From assembly GCF_004010195.1 (NCBI RefSeq), contig NC_057751.1, forward strand, positions 14,277,483 to 14,341,482: DNA of 64,000 nt, written 5' to 3'. Position numbers and translations under genes: made by a program. Numbering within the stretch: the stretch's first letter is position 1; the number at the start of each line of letters is the position of its first letter. The stretch comes from Chiloscyllium plagiosum. Its lineage: Eukaryota. The notes beneath the pieces are model-generated. The model was not told where the DNA came from. It saw only the letters and a list, made by a program, of their open reading frames with translations, and did no database searches. This document shows positions 25,169-38,197 of this stretch, in pieces.

Positions 25169-26882
25169 CATATCGCACAGTGAGCTGGATCTGGAAACGG
25201 TGCAAGCTGTTCAATCTTTAACACAGGAGACAAATAATGAGCATGATGGTGCTTACCAGGACTGTGCGGAGACCTTGGAAGCCTGCCAGAACCTTCAAAG
25301 CTACAATCAGGCTGAAGAAAGCCCACAGATTACCATGGTGGAGGACTGCCAGCAGTCAGAGCACAACAGCCCCATCTCATCTGTTCAGTCCCACCCCAGC
25401 CAGTCGGTCCGTTCCGTCAGTAGCCCGAGCATGCCGGCTCTGGAGAGCAGCTACACTCAGATAAGTCCTGAGCAGAGTTCACTGTCAGCTCCCTCAATGC
25501 AGAACATGGAGACCAGCCCGATGATGGACGTACCTTCAGTGTCTGACCATTCGCAGCAGGTTGTTGACAGTGGGTTCAGTGATCTAGGCAGCATTGAGAG
25601 TACCACCGAAAATTACGAGAACCCGAGCAGCTACGATTCCACAATGGGAGGCAGTTTATGTGGGAATAACACCTCTCAAACAAGCTGCTCGTACAGTGGC
25701 CTGTCGTCTTCCAGCAGCTTGACTCAAAACAGCTGCGTCGTAACCCAGCAAATGACCAGTATGAACAGCAGTTGTAGCCTGATGCAACAGAATAACGTTG
25801 CCCCAACAGCCAACTGTAACATGAAGTCACCTCAGAGTTGTGCGATTGACAGGCCTCCCAGCAACAACCAGCAGCAACAGCAGCCACCACCTCCCCCACA
25901 ACAACAAGCCCAGCAACAGCCTCCACCACAACAACCCCAGCAGCAACAGCCCCAGCAGCAGCAGCAGCAACCATTGTCCCAGTGCAGCATGAGCAACAGT
26001 TTCACAACAGCCCCCATGACCCTGATGGAGATCCCAGAGTCCTCGAACACTACTGGTATGAGCCTGTATGAGAGAATGGGCCAGGGAGACTTCGGTGCTG
26101 GTGGTTATACGCAGCCCACAGCCAACTTCAGCCTTGCCAGACTTCAGCAACTTACCAACACCATCATGGACCATCATGCTATGCCTTACAGCCACTCTGC
26201 TGCTGTGACTTCCTATGCAACTAGTGTGTCTCTATCTAACACGGGCCTGGCTCAGCTAGCCCCGACACCCCACGCACTTGCAGGGACACCCCAAGCACAA
26301 GCCACCATGACCCCTCCTCCAAATCTCACGTCACCATCTATGAATCTGACTTCACCTCTTTTGCAGTGCAACATGCCAGCTTCCAACATTGGGATCCCTC
26401 ACACTCAGAGATTGCAAGGCCAGATGCCGACCAAGGGTCACATTTCAAATCGCTCCAAGTCTGCCCCACTGCCAGCTGCGACAGCCACCCATCAGCAACA
26501 GATCTACGGCCGTAACACACCTGCCCTGACGCAGCGGGCACTGACAGTTCAGCGAGGGATGAACATGGGTGTGAACCTGATGCCTGCCCCCACCTATAAT
26601 GTTAACTCCATGAATATGAACACACTGAATGCTATGAACAGTTATCGGATGAGCCAGCCGATGATGAACAGCAGCTACCATGGTAACGCGGCCTACATGA
26701 ACCAAACGGCGCAGTATCCTATGCAGATGCAAATGGGCATGATGGGAAGCCAGCCATACGGCCAGCAGCCTATGCAGTCTAACCCCCACAGCAACATGAT
26801 GTACACAGGCCCCTCTCATCACAGCTATATGAATGCTGGCATGCCCAAGCAATCACTAAATGGCCCATACATGAGAAGATGA
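24301..26882 (+). CDS. KAT6A: KAT6A terminal coding exon: Glu-rich, Ser-rich, Pro/Gln and Met-rich (SM) domains
   Basis: Acceptor ctttctttatctttcag|GG (phase 1, matches the upstream exon). Encodes [66 protein letters not shown], and ends [12 protein letters not shown] (TGA 26880-26882). The P/Q tract and GPYMRR end favour KAT6A over KAT6B. Confidence 0.97.
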
Positions 26883-29445
26883 GGGAAGATCCTGCAGATG
26901 CCTCAGAGAGCCATTGTTTATTACTGATGACAGCAGACATAATGGAAATTTCAAATAGAATGATTGCTGTAGACATAGGAATTTCACAAACTGTTTAGGG
27001 CCATGTTCGGAGCGCCTTGGCCTTAATTCCCCAGCCCCGAGAGAGAGAAAAAAGAAGGAAGAAAAAGAAATTCTGCAACAGAATTCAATAAGAAAATGGT
27101 TTGAGGAACCATGCACAAGAAATCTTTTAATTAAAAGAAGCCTTACTTAATGAATTGTGTAGAAATGAAAAACTATCTGCTTTTTATATTTTTAATTTTT
27201 TTAATCTTTCAGTTTGTGTGTGCAGTCCACATTTTTTTATAGAGTCCATAGATATGAGACCCTTGAGTGTGAGGACTGTCCATGTCCCCATTTGTTGACT
27301 TGGCACAGGGCAGGAGGCACTTAGCTCAGACTCTGCCTTGGTCATATTGTTGCAGGTGTGGCTGTAATTTATTGATCTCACTGTATCCCGTGCCAGTAGG
27401 TGAAACCGGATCGCTTGTGCGCTTGTGGACTTCGGGCCGTAATGCCGAGGACCCCCTTCTTTAACCCATTGGTATTGAGTTTGACTCGAGCGCAGCATGC
27501 AACAGGCCCAAGAGCATTTTCATGTATGTTATAACGATGTTTTTAACATTGCTTCTTGTGTCACCACAAGCCATTTCACTTGTACGCCTTTATTTTTTTA
27601 TGAGAATTGACAGTATTTGTTCTGGCACTTTCGAAGGACAGCCCAGGGTCCTGAAACATTTTAAGGCTTACAGCATTTAATTTCCAGTTTATTTTCTTAA
27701 ATAAATCTCTCAATCATGAGAAATCTGTTCAGACTGTGTATTTTTGGTTCCCAGTCAGGATATTTAGCAGACCAGAAAGACGGCTGTGTTCACAACAAGC
27801 TTAGTTTGTTTTCCTCTTGTGCTTTCTCCCATAACCTCGGGCAGTTGAATTGCTTCTCGACAACAGGTGCTGGTCAGTTACCAAGTGGCGCAGTTAGTTC
27901 AGGTATTGAGAAGAAAGTGAGCCCTTCAGACTGGCTCACTGTCTCCTGCCATCTATTCAAGCTAATCAGAAATCGCAGTCAGGCACCCTTAGGTTCCTTG
28001 CCATGGGGTAGTAACGAGATGGATTGTGAGATCGAAGAGAAGGATATTGGGGATGAGTAAAAAAATAGCAGGAGAAACGTGAGGGAGGCTACATTAAGGA
28101 AATGGGTCATGCCATTCAGATCCATGAGCTGTTAACATTGTCACTCCAAACAGGAAAATAATCAGCTGAGCGCACAGTGGATGTGGGGTTGGGCGGGAGA
28201 AAGCAAATGTTGTGACTATGCAGTTTAAAGTAACGTCGTCATCACAGCAGCCAACTGACAGCTCCCTTCTGTTCTGATACCGACCACCAGGTAACCCCTG
28301 TATTGACAGGTGATGGGATAAGCAGCTTTAGTGAGAGTTGCAGTGGTCAGTTTCCCCTGGGCTGAATTTGTGCGTCACTGGTGTGCACTGAGCAGGTCCA
28401 CCGCGTGCAGTCCATTCACCAACTGCAATTGCACCGTTCTTGTTGCCCGCCGTAAAGTTATGAAAAGGCATTTGGAAATAAAATGTGATCCAAAAGCTTC
28501 CCCAAATGGTTAAAAATGTGTGCAGGTTTCAAAACCTGTGCAGTTGGCACGTGCCACTCGTGAATCTTGTGGCGAAATGGCATTCATTGATTTCTTTTTG
28601 TTCATAGTGTGTCTCATTGTTGGAATAATGTCCATCGAAACCACTCCACACTTCCGGGCTGGCCTTCAAGTGTGTTTGTTGGAATACTGTTGATTTTGGG
28701 GGGTGGGGTGGAAGGGGGAAGGGAAGATGTTTTTAAAAAAGAAAAGAAAAAAAAACAAAGCAGTTTTAGCCCAGAGCACCAGATATATTGAAAAACAAAA
28801 CCACACAAAGATGATTTCTCTTTTCCCCTTGTCATTGTTTCTGGTGTTCGCGGTTTTGTTGAGTCAGGCAGCTTGCTTTTTTGAAAGCTAAGCTGGCTCA
28901 TTTTGACTTTAGGATTATTATAGAAAATGTTTTTCTATATTAAAAATGAATTTATCCTACATAATATTGGTACTTGTCATTTTTCAATTCTGTTGAGAGG
29001 TATTTTTTAGCAGCTAAACTTGGGTAATCTTAACTGAAGCTCACTGTTCGTGATTCCCAGATGCCTTTTAAAGAACTCACATTTCATTCCATCTTTAGAG
29101 TTTTTTCTATCTTTGTTGTAGAATATTGAAGCTATTTTAAGAAAATAAATTCTCCAAACTTATAGTGTGTGTGAATAGACCTCCTCCAGCTTCCAAGCCG
29201 CATGTAAAAAGCTGAATATTCATGTCTGTTTATATTGCTTTCATTTTTGTAGCCTTTGTACTTGTACATGGTGACTGTAAGCTATGAGGAGGGAACAACT
29301 GAGCTTGTGCATCCAGACGTCAGCACAGGCCACACTCCCTCTTCTTCCCCCCCTTGTATGTAATATCACTTTTCTTTCTAGCAAGTACTTTCAAAGACCT
29401 CTGTACATTTTAACATAAATAAATTATGTTGAGCCATTTTGGATG
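26883..29445 (+). other. KAT6A: Probable KAT6A 3'UTR
   Basis: About 2.5 kb after the stop with no recognisable TE, unlike the flanks. AT-rich with UGUA motifs near its end and AATAAA hexamers at 27700, 28477, 29144 and 29418. The 3' end is inferred. Confidence 0.65.
29418..29423 (+). terminator. Candidate distal polyadenylation signal AATAAA
   Basis: ctcTGTAcattttaacataAATAAAttatgttgagccatttt has an upstream UGUA and downstream U/GU-rich sequence (ttttggatgtctgtctttt). Confidence 0.6.
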
Positions 29446-30639
29446 TCTGTCTTTTAAGAGTACCAGCAACATTTTAATCAAAGGGAAAGTTGCACTTGCA
29501 GTCAGGGCAAAGAGCAGCAGGTTTCTTCATACTTCTGCCTCAATGCTTCCTGAATATATTTCTCCTTTTATGCGCTTTCCATCCCTGCCACAAAAGTCTC
29601 AAGAGCCATGCAATTTTGCAAGAAAGCAGTTCCTGTGGAATATTTATTCAACTGCCTTCCTCATCTTTCAGTCACGTTTTTGCATCCAGTATTTTGATTC
29701 CGTGACCTATTTGACGTTTACCTTGCGAGGTTGGTTTCACTCAATGCAGCAGTCACAGTCCGATCGAGAATGAAGATGCTGAACTAAAAGCTGCAACACT
29801 GACAAATAAGAACTTGGCCATTTTGAAAATCAATTGGCCCCTTCATTGAACTCCAAAGTTTGAAATCTTGAGTTGCTCTCATTGTTTTTTTTTCCACCCC
29901 CCCCAAGTGGTCCATTCCTTGGCCCAGGTGGGTTAACCACATGAATAATGAGCGACCGCTCCAGATCCCTTTGTGAAAAGATTGTGACAGTGATCAGAGA
30001 AGCATTCATGTCTAGGTGGAGATGGGACACTTGCTGTGCATAAAGTCCCGTAACACACGTAGTTGGTAATCCACTGCACTGATCCACGGTGGTACCCTCT
30101 GAGATCTGCAGATTAGCTTTAATTTAGCAGTTTCCTTCTTTTAGGGTCTGAGCAGCTGCATGACGCAATGCAAGAGACAGACCACACCGCTCATTTGTGG
30201 TACACAAAACTCAATTTTTTAAAAAAACGCATGTCATCAGCCAAAGTTTATACCAACGTTGATTAAACTGGGCACGTCGTAGCTGAATCTTTAGCTTATA
30301 ACTTTGAATGCAGATTTCTTGTGAAAACAGTTAGAGTTCCTCGGCCAGAATTTTTTTCCACCGTCAGCCTTTGCAACTTGAAGGGAGTGAATGCAGATTG
30401 TGGACACTGGAGCTGCCACATTCATCCAAGTGAAAGAGGTGGCTCCTTCCAAAAGGTGAGTGGATTGAGGGGTTTGGATTGCCAGTTATGCCTCAGAAGA
30501 TCAGCAAATGTGGTGCACACTAATCACCACCTGATTTCATTCGGCAATTTTTGGTTGACCTGTCCCATGAAGCTTAAGTGCCGTGTTGTGCTTCATATTC
30601 CTTAACAACTTCAGTTGGGAAGGGCTGGGTGTTATATTT

Positions 30640-30769
30640 GCCTGATGAAAGGCTTTTGCCAGAAACGTCAATTTCGAAGCTCCTTGGATGCTGCCCGAAC
30701 TGCTGTGCTCTTCCAGCACCACTAATCCAGTTTCTGGTTTCCAGCATCTGCAGTCATTGTTTTTACCTC
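30640..30769 (+). mobile_element. 130-bp hammerhead-bearing PLE family A unit with perfect 9-bp TSD
   Basis: GTTATATTT at 30631-30639 and 30770-30778. Starts 2 nt before CTGATGA-AA-GGC-TTTT-GCC-A-GAAAC-GTC (30642-30669) and closely matches 5203-5331. Confidence 0.85.
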
Positions 30770-30779
30770 GTTATATTTT

Positions 30780-31555
30780 ATTGATTCATGAGACATGGGT
30801 ATTGCTGGCTAAGGTATCATTTATTACTGAACTCTAATTGCACAGAGAGTCGTAAATGGTCAACTATATTGACTGTGGGTGATTGGCTTCTCGTGAAGAC
30901 AAAATCAGCCCAGGTGACAGAGGGTTGGAGGATTTGAGCTATAAGGAGAGGCTGAACAGGCTGGGGCTGTTTTCCTTAGAGTGTCGGAGGCTGAGTGGTG
31001 GCCTTATAGAGGTTTACAAAATTATGAGGGGGAATGGATGGGGTAAATATACAAAGTCTTTTCCCTGGGGTCGGGGAGTCCAGAACTAGAGGGCATAGAT
31101 TTAGGGTGAGAGGGGAAAGATATAAAAGGGACCTAAGGGATAACTTTTTAACACAGAGGGTGGTACGTGTATGGAATGAGCTACCAGAGGAAAAGGTGGA
31201 GGCTGGTACAATTGCAACATTTAAAAGGCATTTGGATGGGTATATGAATAGGAAGGGTTTGGAGGGATATGGGCCGGGTGCTGGCAGGTGGGACTCGATT
31301 GGGTTGGGACATCTGGTCGGCATGGACAGGTTGGACCGAAGGGTCTGTTTCCATGCTGTATATCTCTATGACAGACAATTTCCTTCAGGGACGTCAGTGG
31401 AACAGATGGGTTTTTAGAATAATCAACAGTGGTCGCAGTTGTATTAAGGAATTCACGTTTCACCATCTACCATGGTGGCATTTGAAAGCCAGAGCATTAG
31501 CCTTGGGTCTGAGTTTACATAGTTAGTCACGTTAATACAATGCCACAGTCTCACC
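30780..31555 (-). mobile_element. tRNA-derived SINE (second family), split by a HER1/CR1 insertion
   Basis: Tail ttcatgagacatgggtattgctggc and body cagatgggttttt..ttcaccatctaccatggtggcatttgaa..agagcattagcc; similar to 31556-32015 (+) and 39748-40900 (-). Confidence 0.55.
30921..31372 (+). mobile_element. HER1/CR1-type LINE 3' end
   Basis: GLEDLSYKERLNRLGLFSLE..LIEVYKIMRG / SRTRGHRFRVRGERYKRDLRDNFLTQRVVRVWNELPEE; tail gaccgaagggtctgtttcc..tctatgac. Confidence 0.92.
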
Positions 31556-32015
31556 CATGTGGTGATGCCACTGGATTGGTAACGTGAAGGATCAGGCTTT
31601 GCTGATCTTTGGAGACCGGTTCAGATCCCACTATCAAGATTAGAGTGGTGCTGGGCTTTTCCTGATGAAGCGCTGTTACCCGAAATGTCGATTCTCCTGC
31701 TCCTCAGATGCTGCCTGACGCTAATCTTGACTCTGACCTTCAGCATCTGCAGCCCTCAGTTTTGCCCTCAGATCCCACAATGGCAGCTGGTGAAGTGTAA
31801 ATCTGGATTTATCTATCACCCAGTGTTGTCAAAACCAGTCTGATTGAGGGCATGAAGTTTGCCATCTTTTCCTTGTCTGGCCTGCATGCGAATCCTGATT
31901 CGCAGCAGTACAGATTAACCTGGAAGTGTCCTTTGAAACAGCTCAGCAAACTCAAGGTCGGTTGGGGATGGGCAATAAGTACTGCCCTTACCGGCGATGC
32001 CCACACTCCATGAGA
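31556..32015 (+). mobile_element. tRNA-derived SINE (second family) interrupted by a hammerhead unit
   Basis: gtggtgatgccactgga..ggttcagatcccac[insert]aatggcagctggtgaa..ggatgggcaataa..gatgcccacactccatga. Confidence 0.6.
31632..31767 (+). mobile_element. Short hammerhead-bearing PLE family A unit with perfect 11-bp TSD
   Basis: TCAGATCCCAC at 31621-31631 and 31768-31778. Degenerate core CTGATGA-A..CCC-GAAAT-GTC from 31662. Short inverted 5' piece tcaagattag versus internal ctaatcttga. Confidence 0.8.
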
Positions 32016-33229
32016 CATTTGTCTTTACTTGTCCGTTCCATGTTGGAAATGTCAACTGCCATTGGAAATGTCAATCCAAGCTGCCATTCGCAACCCTATC
32101 CATATATTTGCACAAGGGTTTCCTGATTGCAGTCCAAAATGATTTGGTTTTAATGTTGAGTGTAAAGCTCTTTGTTCTGGTCTAAGCAACGGAGGAAATT
32201 TACTTATCTCGGGCCGTTGTCCTCAATTCCATCATTTCTCACCTTGTTGAGCATAGACTTTCACACAACATGCATTCATAAGTACGTCATCTCACCCTGG
32301 TCAAAAGTGTGTGAATCTATAATGGGCCCCTCCGATGGGCTGTTATACCTTGCCTGAGGTATGTGTGTGTAAAACTGAACATAGTACTTTAGTTGAGTTC
32401 CATCCAGGGTTCTGAGCAACTGAAGCAAAGCTTTTATATTTTAGCCTGTTGAAATATCCATCATTGTCTTTGTTCTCTTTATGGATGTTTGGTCTAACAC
32501 GCTGCATTTGAGTGATTTGTACCCATGAAGACCCATATCCCTAGACTCATTCAGAGGTTGTATTGGAGCGTTTTTGTTTTCGGATTCACTTGAACACAGT
32601 GATCGAGGTTTGTGCACTTGGTTTGTCTGTGAGTGTTTGTACCTTCGCTGTCCTGTCTGTGCACCTTCGTTTGCTTGCTAACTTGGTGTTGTGTGCAAAC
32701 CTGGATATACAGCTTTATTCCTCTAATAAATCCATTAATGTAAAGCTGAAGCAACAATAGAGAGATAGACGGAAGAGGGATTGCCGATGGAGTTTGGATG
32801 AGTATTTCTTAGTTACTTCACAGGGTATATAATGAAGAGGAATGGGTTAAATTGTTGTGCAGGGCAGGTTTACCATCAATTTATTTTTTTGCCATTCTTT
32901 ATCATAGCTCTGCAAGTTATCAATGCTGTTGACTCACTGAACTACCCTCTACCAGCGATGCAACATGCTGTTACTTGCAGTAATGCTGCAACCAAATGAG
33001 TGCAGCTTGCGATTGATGTCAGATCACAGCCTGACACCAGAACAATGTGGCATGACACTCCCTGGAGCAGAAAGTCTCACTCAACTGAAATTGTGGACTC
33101 CGTTCAGGTGCTCACATCTGAATCGTGGTCCCAAGTTTAACATTGGGGTGAGGTGACTTTGACTTTATAACAATACTCTGTTTTTTTTTTGAAGTGTGGT
33201 TGAATAAGTAAAGCATTGAGACACAGCAG

Positions 33230-34250
33230 AAAGATGTGAAGATTAATCACTTTCCTGAAATTGATATGTTAATTGATACCTCGATAAAATGGCTCCAAGA
33301 TGAACAAGCTCAGGCTTCTCAGCCTCCCTGTGCTTCCATCCTTGGGATCTTACTGAAAGCCCTCTCATCTTTCATGAATGAGGTAAGCAGAAATGAGTTC
33401 AGCATTTATGAATGGGGCCTAACCAGAGCTTTATCTGCTCATCACTTCTACTTCTGGCATTGATGCCTTTGTGTTTGAAGCCCAAGATCCCCCAAGCTTT
33501 GCAAACCACTCTCGTTGTGCCCTGCAATCTTCAAGGTTTGATGGATATGCAGCCCCAGGCCCCTCTGTTCCTGCACACTCTTTACAGCTGCACTGTTAGG
33601 TTTATATTGCCTTTCCAATCGCTTCTGCCAAGATGTATTATGCTGTAGTCTCTATATTAAATCCCAGCATGTCTGTCCGTTATCTTGATGCCCTGTTGTA
33701 GACAATTGGAATCCTCCTTATTCCTCCAAGTTTGGTATCACAAGTAAATATTGTAATTTGTCTCTGCATTCCAGAATCCAAGTATATTCATGTATTTTTT
33801 AAAAATGCAGGAGACCTTTGGGAAACACCACAGTCTCCCACCTTCCAGTCTGAACTTGGTGTTTTCTGTCCATAAGACATTTCGAAAGTCCACTTGTACA
33901 TTGCTGTTCCTATACCTTAAGCCTCTGTGTTGAACATCCTTTTAGATGGTGCTTGGTAAAATTCATGCAGACATCATTCACAGCCTTTCTTCAGTCCATT
34001 CTCTGGTCATCAAAAAATTCAGTGAGATCAATCAAGGCAAGATATGCCTTGGAAAATATGTGCTGGATATTCTTCATGAACTGCAAGTGTCCATTGACTC
34101 CATCCCAACCAATTGTAAAACCTTGTCCATCATAGATATTAAACCGTCTTAGCCTATCATTGCTGAAACTGCCTTTCCACCTTTTGTTTAATAATGGTGT
34201 TATGTTTACTCTCCAATCCTCTGGCACCTCTCGATCTTGAGGGAATGTTG
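33230..34250 (-). mobile_element. Old CR1 LINE ORF2 remnant
   Basis: EVPEDWRVNITPLLNK and LIDLTEFFD motifs on the minus strand, heavily degenerate. Confidence 0.6.
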
Positions 34251-34439
34251 AAATATTAAGGTCATCACCACTGCCGCCACCGTGAGGCAACTGGGTCTGC
34301 AAAATATTGGGACCGGATGAACCTATTCCTTCTGTTGTAGAGAAGGGGTCCCTGTGATTTTATGTCACTTCCAGTAAATGTTAATGACCACAATGCAAGC
34401 TTGATGGGTTATCTTAAGTTAGTGGTTAGAGTAACTATT

Positions 34440-34710
34440 AAAACAGACAAGGTGAGAGGAGAGAGATTTAAAAACAACATGGGACAGATTTTTTTTACAT
34501 AGAGGATGATTCACGTGTGGAAAAAACTTCCTGAGGAAGTGGAAGATGTGAGTACAATTAGAATGTTTAAAAGATATTTAGACGACTACATGAATAGGAA
34601 AGGTTTGGAGGGATACAGGCATGAGCGGGAAGGTGGGGCTAGTTAAGTTTGGATTATGATTGGAATGGACTGGTTGGACGGAAGGATCTGTTTCATGTTG
34701 TGTGACTCAA
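34440..34710 (+). mobile_element. HER1/CR1 LINE 3' end
   Basis: tacatgaataggaaaggtttggagggata..ggttggacggaaggatctgtttc. Confidence 0.75.
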
Positions 34711-35421
34711 CATCTCAAGTCCTGCCCAGCCATAGAATCTCATCCAACAGCAGATACATTTGGGCCTTGTAAACCTGGTTCACTATGTTCTATACTTCAT
34801 CTGGTACGAAGAAGGGAGGAACCATGATGATTGATTTAATCAGCCAAAGATTGGATTGCATGGCCAATGTAACAGGCATCTTCAGCACTGGAATTCCGAC
34901 ATGACCTTAATTTATGGTAAACAGGAAGTCTTTTGCAATAGATAGCAGTGTTGTTTTAGTAAGGCCAATTGTGTGGCCACTTCATAGTAGCAGATATTGA
35001 AATAGTTTGCATTTTTGGCATTTTGATGTCAATCAGGCCACCACTTTCAGACCTGAAAATGCCCAGTTTACCTCAAATTACCCTCGAACAGCCACATACC
35101 TCAACAAGAGTAGTTCCTGACAGCTTTTTTTTGAGTCTGAGTCAGAGCAGTGTCAGTTTTCACTAATGAGTGAGAGATTAATGTTGAGAGAAAAGCCCTT
35201 AAAATGCTGCAGGCCAGAAGTCTTCAGTTGTAGATTAGCAGTAGGTTTAAAATTAGTAACCAAAGGTTTTTGGTGCAACAGGTTAAGTCTCTGTTCTGCT
35301 CACCTTCTTCATGGCTTCAACAGGATGCGACATTTATTTTTGATACACAACGAATTGTTTGTACTCCTCTCAGTTTTGTGAGTTTGAGAAGCAGCTGATG
35401 GCACAGTCATGTTCAGGAGTC

Positions 35422-35559
35422 GAGGCAAAAGTGAGGACTGCAGATGCTGGAAGCCAGAGTTTAGATCAGAGTGGTGCTGGAAAAGCACAGCAGGTCAGGC
35501 AGCATCCGAGGAGCAGGAAAATCGAAGTTTCGGGCAAAAGCCCTTCATCAGGAATAGAG
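35422..35559 (-). mobile_element. Short hammerhead-bearing PLE family A unit
   Basis: Minus core 35524-35551 reads CTGATGA-A-GGGC-TTTT-GCCC-GAAAC-TTC; flanked by GGAGTC at 35416-35421 and 35560-35565. Confidence 0.8.
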
Positions 35560-37339
35560 GGAGTCTGAAGAGTTTAGCAGTTTATGCTCCAGGATCAAGA
35601 CCAAAAGTCGATGCATTGTGACTATTTACATTTCTAATGAGGACTTCATGCAGTCCGCAAGAGTGCAGTCTGTGGAGTGTAGGTGCTTAACTAGGCAAGA
35701 TGCAAAATTTTGATTGAAGTATAGGAATGAAGTTAGTGTGTTTGTGACTTTAGAACTTCACGCTGACCTGTGGTGGATTTCAATGCTTAATGGATTTGCA
35801 TGTGCTGAATACTTACTCAGATTCTTGTTTCCTATTGTATTCCTAAATTCAAGATGTTGGCCAGATACAGAAGAATCTGATAGTACCTGGTTTATATTTG
35901 TTGAAAGTTACCGTGCACGAGTTGGCTTTGTACAGTTGTGCAGAAGATCATAAATTTTCTCTTTTTGAACTCTCTCACCCTGGGGAAGGGAGGAAGGCAA
36001 TGGACTCTGAGCGAGGCTTGGACTAGAAACGTGTGAGGTGGGGTAGGTGAAGAATGGAGGACTGGAAGAAAGATTCAGGTAAGAAGAGGATGCAGTTAAA
36101 GGTGTTGAATAACGTAGGATGGGGCTTGGATGTGTTTTGGGGTTCAGTTGAAGTAATCGGGAGCCTAAAGAATGATGTCATCACTGTGTTAATGTGTCTC
36201 CATCTGTGTGTTGGCTAACAAAGGCCTTGAAGACTTTCAGTTGCCCTTGTTGAGTGTGATCTCAAACAATGGAAGGAAGGCTAGCTGAGCATGCAAGTTC
36301 AAGTCATTCCAACAGAGTGATGAGTAAAGCACAGGGCACAAACATGACCATTTAGTCAGGAGTGAACGCAAAAGCTCAATATTGTTCTATCTGCAATTAA
36401 CAAACTGGGCAGAGCTCCTGGAACCGTCAAACCAACAATCATGAATGTGCCATTCAGTTACCTCTCCTTAATTAGCCCAAACAAATAGCAATGACGCACA
36501 CATGAATGAAGTGAAAATATTGTCATGTGAAATATATACAGGTGAAATTGAACTTTGTAAAAAAGAGCTCTTGAGTCTTCAATGATTATATGATCAGGAA
36601 AGTTGTGACCTTGCTCTGAGCCTCCCCATTTGATCAGGTTTTCAGTTCTGTGAAGATGACTTGTTTCTTTCGGTAGTGGGTCAAAACAGCCCTTCCAAGA
36701 AATCATGTGACTGAAACTAAATGACCTGACAAGCTTGTGAATGCGATAATGACTCCAGTGTTTACTAAGCTGAGCTTATATAACCCAGAGAAGTCAAACA
36801 TCTCTGTGACTCTATGACAGTTTAGTTTCGGCAGTTATCAGGCCAAGCGAACTGAGATGAAGACTTAACATGTTTTAGCTGTACAAGTAGACAGGCCTGG
36901 AAAGGTTGGGAATGTGTTTTTTTTTAGTTTAGTGATTTAGCTTGCGTCTATCTGTCCAGAGAGAATTACATCTGAGCAATGTGCAGCATGACATCAAAAG
37001 AAAACCCTTGCACCTCATTGTTGATTAAGATGTTAGAGAGTAAAGTCTGGATTGATACATCACTCGGGTTGAGTATCTATAAAGAATACTGCTGGGAAAA
37101 GGGTTGTAACTTTACTGGTTATGATGAGATCTTAGCAAATTGTCTTGTATATAGTGTTTTTCTTCCTGTTGTTTTGTGTCACAAACTTATACTCTTCTGT
37201 TTGAAATGCATTGATAGCCTGTTGTGAATATATTCAGTGATGGACCATGATAATAGCCAAATCAAAAAAAAAGATAATTATGGACTTTCAGGCTAGGTTT
37301 CACACTGGTGTGACCGTACCATGAAGGGTAGAAGGGAGC

Positions 37340-37980
37340 CCTGATGTACCTCAGCAAAATGCGGCACCTCACCTTTATCTAAAACTCCATGTGCCCATCT
37401 GGTCACGGTCCTGTTGTACTATGAGGTAAGCTCCTTTGCTGTCCACTGCATCACCAATTTTGGTGTATGCAAATTTACTAAGCGTACCTTCTGTATTAAC
37501 ATCCAAATCATTTATGTACATGGCAAAAAGGCCTCCAGTCTGAAAAGCAGCTCCCCCACCCCAATCCTCTGTCTGCTACCTTTGAGCCAATTTTGAATCC
37601 AAACAGCTAGCTCCCCCCACCCCACCCCACCCCAGACACCTTGCTAACCAGTCTACCATGCAAAACCTTGTCGATTGCCTTGTTCAAGTCCATTGAGACA
37701 AGGTCCACTGCTCTGCCTTCATCAGTCTTTGTCACTTCAAAAAAACTTCATTAGGTTAGTGTGACATGATTTCCCAGGCACTAAAACCACGTTGACTATC
37801 CCTAATCAGTCCTTGCCTTTCCAATTGCACGTGAATCCTGTTCTTCAAATTCCCTCCAACAACTTTGCCACTGTTGACGTCAGGCTCAGCGGTCCACAGA
37901 TCACTGGCTTTTCCTTCGCAATTTTCTTCACTAGTGGCACCACATTAGCCAACCTTGTTTTCTGACACTTCACCTGTAGC
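37340..37980 (-). mobile_element. CR1 LINE RT remnant
   Basis: ccaattttggtgtatgcaaattt (KFA..TKIG) and accagtctaccatgcaaaaccttgtc (DKV.HGRL) on the minus strand. Confidence 0.65.
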
Positions 37981-37984
37981 TCTT

Positions 37985-38075
37985 GAGTTCTGAAGAAGGG
38001 TTGCAGGACCCCAAAATGTTAACTCTGTTTTCTCTCGACAGAGGCTGCCAGACTCCCCGAGTTGATCCAACAATT
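37985..38075 (+). mobile_element. PLE-type family C terminal repeat with degenerate hammerhead
   Basis: GAGTT-CTGAAGA-A-GGGT..GACCC-CAAAAT-GTT-AACTC; stem I GAGTT/AACTC is perfect, GAAA is mutated. Confidence 0.65.
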
Positions 38076-38197
38076 TCATGCACATGCAGTCGTCATCAGC
38101 TCGGATCGCCAAAGAATAACAGAAGTGATCTGCTGCATGAGAATACCATTTGGACTGTCATGCACTCACTCTTCAAATGAGCACCATTACTTGGTGC

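Noticed and set aside
25576..26195. Cys/Gly-, Ala/Val- and Leu-rich minus-strand ORFs
   Set aside because: Antisense shadows of the KAT6A poly-Q/P codons.
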